Assembly (NCBI GenBank): GCA_051362555.1
Contig: CM120645.1
Span: 4,402,001-4,466,000, forward strand
Length of the DNA stretch: 64,000 nucleotides
Reading direction: 5' to 3'
Origin: Lingula anatina
Lineage: Eukaryota; Animalia; Brachiopoda
Shown here: positions 53,195-64,000 of the stretch, in pieces
How the letters are laid out: the number at the start of each line of letters is the position of its first letter
Numbering within the stretch: the stretch's first letter is position 1
The notes under the pieces: model-generated
What the model was told of the DNA's origin: nothing
Seen by the model: the letters and a program-made list of their open reading frames with translations, nothing else
The model's database searches: none
Position numbers and translations under genes: made by a program

Positions 53195-53711
53195 TGGGTT
53201 CTCACAGATTTAGATCAATCCATTTGGGTCGGCCTAACTCCCTGGGGGTTCAAGCTAAATTTCTGTCTGCCGAGCGTGCACGAAAATTAATTACCCCCTT
53301 ACAGCTTTTAGTAGACAAGACAGAGATTTAAGCCGGCTAAGCCGACAGCAATCTAGCAAGACTCCCCAAGGGGATAGATCGATCTAAAATGTGTGTTAAT
53401 GCAGTGTTAGATCCATCCATCTGGATCGACCTAACTCCCTGGGGGTTCACGCTAAATAGCTGTCAGTCGGGCGGACATGAATGTTAATTACCCCCATACA
53501 GCTTGTAGTAGGCGGGACGGACATTTAAGCCGGGTTATCTGACAGTAATCTAGTGAGACTCCCCGTGGGGATAGATCGATCTAAAAGCTCTATGAATACA
53601 GCCGAACTGTTTTACTAGGCGTGACAGACGTTTAAGCCGGTTAGTTTGATAGAAATTTAGTGAGACTCCCCAGGGAGATAGATGGATCCAAATATCTGTG
53701 GAAATGGTCCC
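53195..53711. mobile_element. MITE cluster upstream of BRICHOS copy 2
   Basis: Two tandem copies plus a right arm ending atatctgtggaaatggtccc|taa. Confidence 0.8.
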
Positions 53712-54899
53712 TAATTGTTTTTATGGAGCAAATGAACAAAAATGTTTTGCATCAAGAGGTAAGACTGTATTTTGGATTTGAGAACTAATCCTGAAACCAC
53801 CAATCGACCAGTCAAATTACCCATGACCCCAAACCACAACAAAAGGTGACATTTCGGGCAATACCCTGCATGCTGGGAAATGTTTTTTTGACCTCTCACG
53901 AGTTTATTTTCATTTTTCCCTCACAACACAGATTCTCCATGTTTAGTGGTACTTTCAAAGCCCAGATTTTAGTTGAATATGCGAGTTCTGTATAAAAGAT
54001 ACGCATGCAATACAGAATCAGTACTTCCTACTCCAATGCAAAACTGATGTAAAATAAAACTAGACATATTCTATATAGTTCAAAAATATTTTAACCGTTA
54101 CTATGAAAAACTGCTGCATAGATTTATCATTTTTACAAATGGCTGCACATTCAAGGATGAATACTTATAACTAAGGTAAATATAACAACCTACTTGTATA
54201 TCTTGTAGGACCGTTTATGTTGTAGAAAAACGTCTGGTAGTTAATGATGCTCACAATTTTCCAAATGCGCTGTGACTATAGAGTTCATATTGTTTAAAAC
54301 ATCCCGTTAACCCGGGGGGAGCACACCTAGGAGGGTCAGGTATGGATTCTTATATACACTGTAATGTACACTGTAATAGTCCTATAGTTTGGCCCATGGA
54401 TGCGTACTTCTGAATGCCCTTTCTTTGTTTTAAGCACAATGAATTGTATTTTAAGAAACTAGGTAATGCAATTTACCCAAAACACTACCTTCTGCGTTTC
54501 ACTTTTCCTCAATAATTTGCACCCGACGAAATCTGTAGTGCTCCTCCCGGGAAATAATCATAGGTTTATGGTAGGCAGCCTTATAGGGGTGCTTTTATCT
54601 GCATATTTGGTATCAATCTATTAGAAAGTACCTGTATAAACTCGTTGTAGACTGATTAAAGCAGAATAACCTGTGCCCAAGTGGGAGGCGTGCGCCATAT
54701 TTTCAAGACCTTATCCTTCTCATCAACACTTTCAACCCATAACTACTAGGTGATGGTTTGCCATGTCATTACACTGAAGCAAATTGACAAATCTGGCCAT
54801 GGGAACCTGTACGAATTTCCAAGCATGTATTAACAAAAAAACTCCAGGTTTTAACTCCTTGGATAGCTGCAAGCTATCGCTTTGCTCTCAGCGAGTTTC

Positions 54900-55570
54900 T
54901 CTAGCTTGGAACACAACTAAAAAATCATCCCTGTGCCGAAGTCTAAAACAGTTTACGAACCATCTCTGGCTGGGCGTGTGGACTCCAAGTCCGATTCTTG
55001 TGAAACTGGTTTTATCGTATATATTAAAACCACCTTACCAGAGTCACAATTTGCATATAGAAGCAATAGAAGCGTGGACGACGTCCTCAGTTTGTGCATG
55101 CACAACGTTTTAGAATATATATATATATATAATCAAACTTTTACAAGTGTATAATTGTACATTTGCAATCAGTGTGGTATTGACGTGCCACTAAAGAAGA
55201 CCGCAAGTGTTGAGATGTGGTGATGTGACATCTACGTGTAGTAAAATCATTGGTCTTGATCTCCCCTCTGTAGGTGCCATTTACATTTACACAGATTGAT
55301 AAGAAGCGAACAACTGAAAAACTATCATTTTTGACTTTACCCGCCCTGCAAATGGTACTTTTTAAAAATTATTACTGATAAAGAATATTGTCATACTTCG
55401 CTCAGAACTTATTTACGGCCTTACATAAATTCTTTTGAGTAACAAATAAATCTTCAGTGTTCGGTGTTCAGTATTTTTTAAATTTATTACTGATTAACTG
55501 CAGACTTTAAACTTCCAAAGGACTCAGAGATGTTTAAAGCATTTTTATCAATCCGCTGTTGCTCATTTTA
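54900..55570 (+). mobile_element. Degenerate Rex1/Babar-type LINE remnant (unit 3)
   Basis: QFAYRSNRSVDDVLSLCMHNVLEY (compare Rex1 QFAYRxNRSTDDAI) followed, after an internal deletion, by FAISVWY..SKIIGLDLPSVGAIY. Confidence 0.65.
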
Positions 55571-55965
55571 ACAAATCATTTAATAATAAGAAGAGAAACA
55601 TTTATATTATTAGCAACAGTAAATTGTGACCTTACACTTTATACATTTTACCAGAATGGCAATTCCATTTCCGTTGGATGTGAAAGTAACATTTGTTTAT
55701 TAATTCCTAAATATAAACGCATCTAATTATCTTAGGAATGCTATAGCATCATATAGGGAATTTTCGCAAGGGAAACATTTGGCATACAATACAAGTAAAT
55801 ATCTTTATGTCTCTTGGATAGCATACTTGAAAGTATCAATAAAGGACAAACACAAGTATTATGCTCCAAATTTGGCCGGTGACGACCGCATTTATTAAAG
55901 TGGCTTATTTGGGGGTGTCAGAAGAGGCGACAAACACAAATCAAACACAAATTATTATAATGTTA

Positions 55966-58850
55966 TCAGAACGGAAACACTATGATACCTTCCCTATTTT
56001 TCAAAATAGTACGGTCTTCTGCAGATAAATATAGTATCCAGTGACCTCCGCAGTTATCACAAGGAAAATGAGATATGTTAAAACAAGTGTGCTTCCAACC
56101 ATTTTCCAAAATAGGGCCGCATCTACGTATCACACAAAAATAATAGCCACAGTAGGAGCGTTTCTGGCGATCATGAACATCTCCTGAAATAAGATATGAT
56201 ATGATATAATTTCATGCATTCTACACATACATAAAAAACAAGTCCAGTACTGCACTGACGTCACTGTACATTTCGCAAGTAATGATGATTAATTGTCAGA
56301 GATTTATTTTGTGCGTACCTTCTGGGTATTGCGTATTGGTGCCATCTATATGCACAGTGTTGTTGTCCATCTGAGTGAGCCAGTATGAATCAAGATCCCT
56401 GCAGAATTCCTGAGCACTGGGACTAAGGATTGTTTTGTTCTTGATCTGGGAGGCGATGAGAAAGCCGTTCATTTGGACATCATCATTGCCATCTTCTTCA
56501 TCTGACATATTTCCTACAACGTTCTGAAACCAAAGTGTTTAAAGTTATATGTTATGTTATATTATGTTATATAACACAGGTATGTCACTGTAAATGTTTT
56601 GTTATTAAAAGCTATTACATCTTACGTTATGTTTTATCTAATTCAAAATCTTTTTCTATATGTTATACACCACTTATTTAAACATGTTTTAAGTAGTTTA
56701 AGAATGTTTAAAAATATGAATAAATATCAATACCCCATGAGCCTCCTCAGATGTGTTCATTGGAGTCAAGAAACAGGCATACGTGTTGTTTATTTCCATC
56801 TTGTAAATAATCAGACTCTGAAATGAACCCAACAAGGCAAATTTGTAGGTATTAATTGCATGCCTGTACATAATGTTTGTAAAAAGAACACATACTAGTA
56901 CATTCAGTTAATTCTTTGAATCTAATATCAGGGATTCTTTAAGGGTATTGTAAGCACTTATCATCCAGGTACCCAAAGTGAGGTTTTTCCTGCATCTATT
57001 ATTCAATAATACGTCAATAGTATCTTTGTGCTGATTGAAACCAATAAGAATATTTAAAAAAAAAAACGATAAAATATTGGCGTTCATATGTGAATAGGAG
57101 CAGACGACCGTGAAGTACAATTCAAAGGAAATGTTAACACTTGATTTTTTCCACAGCTGGATTTATTCACTCTTGTGGTAGTTGACCTTGCGAGCAATTT
57201 GATTGAGATGTATTCTCTTGGTCAAAAAGATAATATTACATTTAGGTACATGTGATAATATTCGAAAATTATCATCGCACAGGTGTAAGCTGTAATAAAC
57301 TGTACTTTTTATTCTAAATACCATATTTAACATGACTCATGGTATATAAAATATAAAGTACCGGTGGAGACATCCGTATTTTATACAATTTATTCAAAAT
57401 TATGACAAGCACCCCCTCATATGTGATGTTCTAATGTGATTTAAATAGATATGAAAGATGTCTATTGAATTGAAAATGTACAAAAATGTACAAAAATTAG
57501 CAACCGTATGCACTTGTTGAAAGTCACATCTACATGCGAATCTGTCTACTGCGTGCTGCAATGATCTCTTGTAGACGGTGCAGCATGACTTCAACCAACA
57601 ATTGCAATAATTCTGTTTTGTAGAATATTGTCCCGTTCTTCCTAAAACGTTAGCCGGAGTTGGTCGCTATCATTTGGAGGCTTATTCCCCTTTGCATTGC
57701 ACATGTGCTAATTCATGTTGCAGGCGCTCAGTGGAGTTAATATCAAGGCTCCACCTTTGTTTCTGCTACAAATCATTCAGCAGAATAGATCTGTGAGCAT
57801 GTATGCTCTCATTATTAAGCCTTAAGTTATCCGCGAAGACACCTCTTGCACATGGAGGGAGATTTTTTTTTTATTTCAGATTTAAGGAGATCGTATTGCA
57901 GATTGAGAATGATGGTTTAAAATTAGGATTTCTCGCCGGTATTTTGTTTCTCGTATCATTAGTCATGTTAGTTGTGGTATCTCGAACAAAAGCACTATTT
58001 TAAATAGTTAGCTGTTAGGTGATCATTTGAAAGCAAAAGCACGAGGAATTAGAGGTGGCCCACTGGGTATGAACACTTGAACATGGCTCTTTATTCAGCA
58101 TAATAGTTTATTTAACCTTTTTTCATCACAAGCTTAAGTTGGTTAATTCGGGTATATACCAACAGTCTGAAGGCCTTAAAATTCGCACCTCTCTGGTCGC
58201 CAACTAAGCCCTACGACAATAAGCCACCAAGTGTACATGTAGTTTAGAGAGAGTAAAGCGCTTGCGGCTCGTATAATTTGCAAATTTCATCAACATCTAT
58301 ACGTTAATTGAACTCGCTGGCAACGTTACTTGGAACAATGTCAGCGTTGAACGTTAAAATCACATTCTCTTAGCGCGTGCTGGTGGTCTAATCAGTTATA
58401 TGTCATATGTAACCCTGTGGGGACGTAATCTGTGTTACCTGGAAATGGGTATTGGTTGCGTTTAGGTATTAGCTTTCTTAATGATTTGTAATTAAATGAT
58501 TACTTAATTAAGTTAAAACTTAATTGTTTTTTCTCACCCTTGAGTTGTCCATGGCAACCTGAAACTTATCCGTGAGCTTGTACTCGGTGACATTGTCTTC
58601 AACATTGACCTGGACATTCTCATTCTCTCTCTTGCCGTCCATGTGAAGGTGGTACTTCTGAAAATCGAAACCTATTTAAATAAAAAATATATTATTGTAA
58701 ATAAGCGTACGTACGTGAAGTCAGATTACCCACCTTCCCCACATCCGGTGCTGCTTTTTTAGAGATGGGAACTGCTCCTAATGTTCCAGCAAGAGCAACA
58801 GCAGCAATGACAGTAACAGCAACAATGCTGTAATTCTTGTGCAGGGCCAT
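55966..58850 (-). CDS. Secreted BRICHOS-domain precursor of a 6-Cys peptide, copy 3 (247 aa)
   Basis: Exons 58850-58734, 58657-58538 (..FQVAMDNSR), 56817-56734 (SLIIYKMEINNTYACFLTPM), 56523-56319, 56183-55966 (DRQKR|SYCGYYFCVIRRCGPILENGWKHTCFNISHFPCDNCGGHWILYLSAEDRTILKNREGIIVFPF*). AATAAA on the minus strand at 55891-55896. Confidence 0.87.
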
Positions 58851-60359
58851 CGTCTGAAATATCAGAAAACAACAAATAATAAATGTATTTTGTTATATTT
58901 ATCTACATGTATGTTGTAGTGTAACGGAAAATAAATATATACAACTTTTTAAAGCATCATTTCATGAAATCCAAGAAAATTAGTACGAGTAGTACAAATT
59001 TGCTTCAAACTGCAATTCCTTCTTGCAAATTTGCAGCAATTTATTTTTATATTTTTTGCAGTATTGCTGCAAATAAGAAGCAATAAATTTCTGAAGGGTT
59101 ATACTGGTATGTTTAATTTGCAGTCGGCATAAAGCTTAAAATGTGTTCAGGGTGCAGTTACTATAGCAGTGTTCATAATTTTAAATCCTATCAAAGAAAG
59201 GCGAATTGAGAATGTTTGTTTCTTGACTCCAATGAACACATCTGAGGAGGTTCACGGGGTATTGACAGCTGTAAGACATGCCGTCCCATGTTCGAACAGG
59301 TAGCCCAAATGACATACTGAAACGACTGGACTGTTCGCTAGCTGAACGTTTACCTGGAGCCATATATATACTATAGTGTACCTAAAAGACACGTCCAGGC
59401 ATTGTCTGGTACTCAGGTATCCTATACTGTAAGAGAAACCCCGTTGTAATCACAAGTCGGTTGGTTTTTCAGGGGTTTTTGTTATTGGTTTTCATCAAAG
59501 AGAAAACTGAGACAGGCATTTATCATTTTCTACTACATGGTTAATTTCTGCAGAACTATCTATAACTGCAAGACTCTTTCTATGTATGGCTGTCCATCTC
59601 ACTGTCTGTTTTGTATATCTCTTTGCCTCCTATTCCATACGTTTACTTGATTTACATTTTAAAGTAACTTTTATAGCTGACATGCCACCTGCCACATATA
59701 CAAACTGGATATATGGAACTGAGTGTATTCAAACTTAATGCAAATTACACTTTAAATTTTCTCACTATTTTCCATTAATTTTATATCTGAATATATCTAA
59801 AATTATATTAGTTTCATTGAACATGACTACTGTTATTAAGGGTTTGCTAGTCATTTAGAGAATGCTGAGAAATCCACTTATGACAAGCAACAGTGTCATT
59901 TACGTAGAGTGTAAAACAAACACACGGTAATTGATGGAAGAGCTATATCTTTCAATATGCATTCGGTGTAAAGCTAAAAAATACTGGTACTCTTTCAGCT
60001 TGGTTACAGTAGCTATTGCAGTGCATATGATTTTAGAAGGACACACTGAGAAGTTAAACAAGCCATCCAACTGCCAGGATTTTAACAAGTCCTCCAGCTG
60101 CAAGACAGGCCGCCCTCTGTTCGAACAGGTGACCCAAATGACTCTGGACTGCTCAGTGACTTATCGTTCAAGTGGAGCACATACCCTGTATAATCGTTGT
60201 ATTTATACATTGGTAGTTTTGTTTATCAAAGCTATATGTATATTAAATCAAATATTCAAATATTCCAACATAAGTTCAGTAATTGTTCACTCAAATCCCA
60301 AACAAAATGATTCATGTCACGTTCTGGTGGAGACTAAGACTGGGTTCACATACTTAAAC

Positions 60360-60791
60360 TGGGTTCCCGCAGGTTTAGATCGATCGGCCTAACTCCCTCG
60401 GGGTTCACGCTAAATTGCTGTCAGCCGAGCACGCAGGAAAGTTAATTACCCCCTTACAGCTTTTAGTAGACTGGACAGACATTTAAGCCGGCTAAGCTGA
60501 CAGCAATCTAGCGAGACTCCCCACGGGGATAGATCGATCTAAAATGTGTGGGAATGCAGTGTGAGATCGATCCATCTGGATCAACCTAACTCCCTGGGGG
60601 TTCACGCTAAATTGCTATCAGCTCGAGAGGCTTAAATGTCTGTCACGCCTACCGAATCAGCTAGGGGTAAAAATAGTTACCCCTAACAGTTTTACTAGGC
60701 GTGACAGACGTTTAAGCCGGTTAGTTTGATAGCAATTTAGTGAGACTCCCCAGGGAGATAGAACGATCCAAATATCTGTGGAAATGGCCCC
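60360..60791. mobile_element. MITE cluster upstream of BRICHOS copy 3
   Basis: Two tandem copies homologous to 41500-41983 and 53195-53711. Confidence 0.8.
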
Positions 60792-61695
60792 TAATTGTTT
60801 TTATGGAGCTAATGAACAAAAAAAAATTGCAACACGAGGTAAGACTGTACTTTGGATTTGAGAACTAATCCTGAAACCACCAATCGACCAGTCAAATTAC
60901 CTATGACCCCAAACCACAAACGGTGACATTTCGGGCCATACCCTACATGCTGGGAGATGTTTTTTTTAAACCTATCACGAGTTTATTTTCATTTTTCCCT
61001 CACAACACAGATTCTCCATGTTTAGTGGCACTATCAAAGCCCAGATTTTGGTTGAATATGTGACTTCTGTATAAAAGATACGCCTGCAATACATAATCAG
61101 TACTTCCTACTCCAATGCAAAACTGATGTACAATAAAACTAGACATATTCCGTAGAGTTCAAAAACATTTTAACCATTAACATGAAAAACTGCTGCATAG
61201 ATTTATCAATTTTACAAATGGCTGCACATTCAAGGATGAAAACTCAGAACTAAGGTAAATATAACAACCTACCTGTATATCTTGTAGGACGTCTGGTAAT
61301 GCTGCTTACAATTTTCCAAATGCGCTGTGACTACAGTGTTTGTATTGTTTAAAACATCCCGTTAACCCGGAGGGAGCACACCTAGGAAGGTCAGGTATGA
61401 GTTCTTATATACACTGTATCCTACACTGTAATAGTCCTACAATTTGGCCCATGGATGCGTACTTCTGAATGCCCTTTCTTTGTTTTAAGCACAGGTGAAT
61501 TGTATTTGAGGAAACTTGGCAATGCAATTTACCCAAAACACTACCTTCTGCATTTCACTTTTCCTCAATAATTTGCACCTGACGAAATCTGTAGTGCTCC
61601 ATATAGGTTTATGGTAGGCAGCCTTATAGGGGTGCTTTTATCTGCATATTTGGTATCAATCTATTAGAAAGTACCTGTATAAACTCGTTGTAGTC

Positions 61696-61808
61696 TGTGT
61701 GTCAGATCGCATTTCGGAGTATCAGTCAGACCACCGACAGGATGAGCCCGCGGTCGTCCTACAAAATTGTTCTGGGGTATGATACTCCGAAATGCGATCT
61801 GACACACA
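61696..61808. repeat. Perfect 29-bp inverted repeat with a 55-nt spacer (small MITE or hairpin)
   Basis: tgtgtgtcagatcgcatttcggagtatca (61696-61724) and its exact reverse complement (61780-61808). Confidence 0.85.
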
Positions 61809-63137
61809 CCTTGAAAACGGGTAGTGTGGTCCGATATACCGGTTAATTCGGGATCCTTATGTCACAAGTCTGGTAGTTGGGTAGGCCTGTTATACAGACC
61901 AAGTGATTTACAGTTGAGGTGCTAATTGTTTGTATGACATGTGTGTGTGTGTTTTTAATTAAGTTTCATGTTGAGAAATTTGAAATTCAATGAAAAGCGC
62001 ATTAAAAATGCATGTACATGTATCATGATAAGTTCATAGGTGAGAAAGAGGTTAATTAGAAAGTGAATAGATTTTGGTGGTGATCCATTAACCATTAGTT
62101 AATGTCTGTTTGTCTGTTAACAACATTGTGCACAAAGTAATGGAGGGTTTTGAGCTGCCTTGGCAGAGGTCTGTGTTCTCTGAGTGTTTTTAGTAAGTCC
62201 TGTTTAATTGGTCTACAGTATGGACGACAGGTTAGCAGAATTCCATTCCTAATACACACTTCTATAGTAAGTTGGGAAGCAGCATCTTTTCATGACCGCC
62301 ATGGTGTCTTATTATACAACATGATGTGATCTTGACTTGTGCTATCGTATGGCAGTAATTACACAATAAATTACCTTGCAGGTTTGTCCAATTTGCAAGA
62401 TTGAGCTTAATAAACTAAAACAAAACTTTTTTTTTGAAGGCTCTTCAACAATACTGAGGCAAATACGCTATCGTTTAAATGCTATGTTGGCATCTTTCAT
62501 GTCTTGTAGAACCTCCACATGCCTCCAAAAGAGATTCAAGAGATAGTATTTACATATATGTATCTGAGGGTGATGCCTTTGTTCTTTTGTATAATTTCTT
62601 CTGGTGCTTTGCCATTGCCGTGAGATGTTCCACTGGCAAATCCATAAAGAGCTTATGTTCTTGACATATTTATCACAGGGTACTCTAAGGCTATGAAGGT
62701 TATTTCTCCAGCAGGTAAAACACCGGCTATGATGTGTTTTCCACAGAACAACTAAAAACTGACTGATGTCTAAGTTTATTTCTCTGGCTGAGAGATCTGG
62801 AGTGTCCTAAAGACAACACGGACAATCCATCTTTGGTTTGACTGACCAAACTTAGTCTGTGATGTATTCTTTATACAGGGGTATATACTGATACAAAGGA
62901 AGAAGCTCAGAAATGCATTTAAGTTATTTCAATAGCAAGGGAAATTGAAGCCAATTAAAGAATTAAGACATTACTAGAGAGTAGTTACATCCGTACTATA
63001 CGGGAGAAAAGAATTCCACTTTTTTCTTTTGTTATGTTACATCATTTGAACAATGGAAAACCTATACCGGACAATGGGGATGTTTACAAAATAAACAAAC
63101 AATTTTTTTAATGTAAACAAACGAGACTCCCTATTTT

Positions 63138-63233
63138 TGTTTACGTTTCACTATGGTAACGGATGACGTCACAGAACGGGCCTGGGCATGTCGGGGTAAT
63201 GTTTACGTTTTGTCATAGCGACGGATGACGTCA
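63138..63233 (+). promoter_or_regulatory. Duplicated composite motif TGTTTAC...CGGATGACGTCA upstream of the ORF
   Basis: Two copies (about 63138-63171 and 63200-63233), each with a forkhead-like TGTTTAC, an X-box-like core and a full CRE palindrome TGACGTCA. Confidence 0.45.
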
Positions 63234-63353
63234 AGCGCAATTCTTTTGTTAGGCGTGTTGCATGTTCAGGCGTGCAATTTGAAGGCTATATATGTTGGAA
63301 TGGTCAAATCAAACTCCAATTCACTGACCTAAGTTGTACGTTCGAACATCAAA

Positions 63354-64000
63354 ATGTCGCAGTTCTTCAAACTTGGTGAAGATAGTCTGTTGTCGATATG
63401 CAGAAGCAAACAGGGGGTCCAGTTGGTCGTCTTCAGCGATTTGAAAACGTTGAACAAGATCCGGATGCCTCGAGAAGCATGGGAAGATTTTAAAAACACC
63501 CTGCCTTCCGTCCAAACTGCTATGTCTACCGATACTGAAATAGATGATCAGCTGGGAGAAAACTATAATGTCCGTGTGCTGTACGACATTGGTAAGGAGG
63601 AATCTGTGATGAAGCTAGCCTACGCGCCGGTAAGTGCGTCGTATGAAGCGATGTACGATGTACAATTTGACAAACGCACATTGGAGACGTTGCTGACCAA
63701 AATGCCTGAAATCAATGCAGCGCTGGGTGAAATCCCACCGACAACAGTCAGCGAGGAGCCGGAAGAAAGTGATGAAAGAATGTTTGGAGCCGAAAACGAT
63801 GTAGAAGCAGACGTAGTATTAATTCATCTCATTTACGTGAAGTTGATCGTGCAGGAAATAGAGGCCATGCGTTACAGGTACTGTACTGGGTGTATAGCCG
63901 CGCACGGTTCCCAAAAGCATCACATGGATGGGTGTATGGCCGACTGGTCAGTTTCGGTACATGTGTACTTCACCAGGGCAAAAGCTGATGTAAGTCATGA
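63354..64000 (+). CDS. Intronless ORF (>215 aa, runs off the window) with a Cys/His zinc-binding motif; Polinton accessory-protein-like
   Basis: MSQFFKLGEDSLLSICRSK...RYCTGCIAAHGSQKHHMDGCMADW..., with no stop up to 64000 (hence absent from the ORF track). A TATA-like tatata lies at about 63287. Confidence 0.75.
   Translation, partial: MSQFFKLGEDSLLSICRSKQGVQLVVFSDLKTLNKIRMPREAWEDFKNTLPSVQTAMSTDTEIDDQLGENYNVRVLYDIGKEESVMKLAYAPVSASYEAMYDVQFDKRTLETLLTKMPEINAALGEIPPTTVSEEPEESDERMFGAENDVEADVVLIHLIYVKLIVQEIEAMRYRYCTGCIAAHGSQKHHMDGCMADWSVSVHVYFTRAKADVSH

Larger units (their letters stand above)
62980..64000 (+). mobile_element. Probable left end of a Maverick/Polinton (adintovirus-like) element
   Basis: An AGTAGT-type terminus at about 62980, an abrupt rise in CpG, repeated subterminal motifs, and then an intronless ORF carrying a CxGCxxxHxSQxxHxxGC motif. 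No core genes (pPolB, integrase, capsid) fall inside the window. Confidence 0.55.

Noticed and set aside
41099-60392. Paralogous ORFs at 41099, 52732/52856 and 59900/59931 repeated in each unit
   Set aside because: Their recurrence is explained by the segmental duplication, and frame-shifting indels between copies argue against coding function.

Overview
AT-rich, intron-containing invertebrate animal DNA (a mollusc or annelid is my inference; the species cannot be fixed from sequence). Left half (+ strand): the 3' part of an SLC6 Na+/Cl- transporter gene of the GABA/taurine/creatine subfamily. It has 11 internal coding exons from 10387, and the TM1 exon(s) were not found and probably lie upstream of the window. 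It ends in up to three alternative last exons (25015, 26482, 27696). Right half (- strand): a tandem array of three intact five-coding-exon genes that the ORF track shows only as fragments. Each encodes signal peptide + BRICHOS-like pro-domain + furin site (R-E/Q-K-R) + a hypervariable, aromatic-rich six-cysteine mature peptide. This matches the precursor layout of polychaete BRICHOS antimicrobial peptides, but I do not recognise the cysteine scaffold; it is the best candidate for a new system here. Mobile DNA includes an apparently full-length two-ORF LINE whose ORF2 has no AUG ahead of its endonuclease motifs and overlaps ORF1 at a -1 slippery heptamer. There is also a 5'-truncated L1/Tx1 element with poly(A) and TSD, Rex1/Babar remnants in each duplication unit, several MITEs whose empty sites are visible in sister copies, and the probable left end of a Maverick/Polinton at the right edge. 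All calls come from manual reading and translation; no database searches were run.
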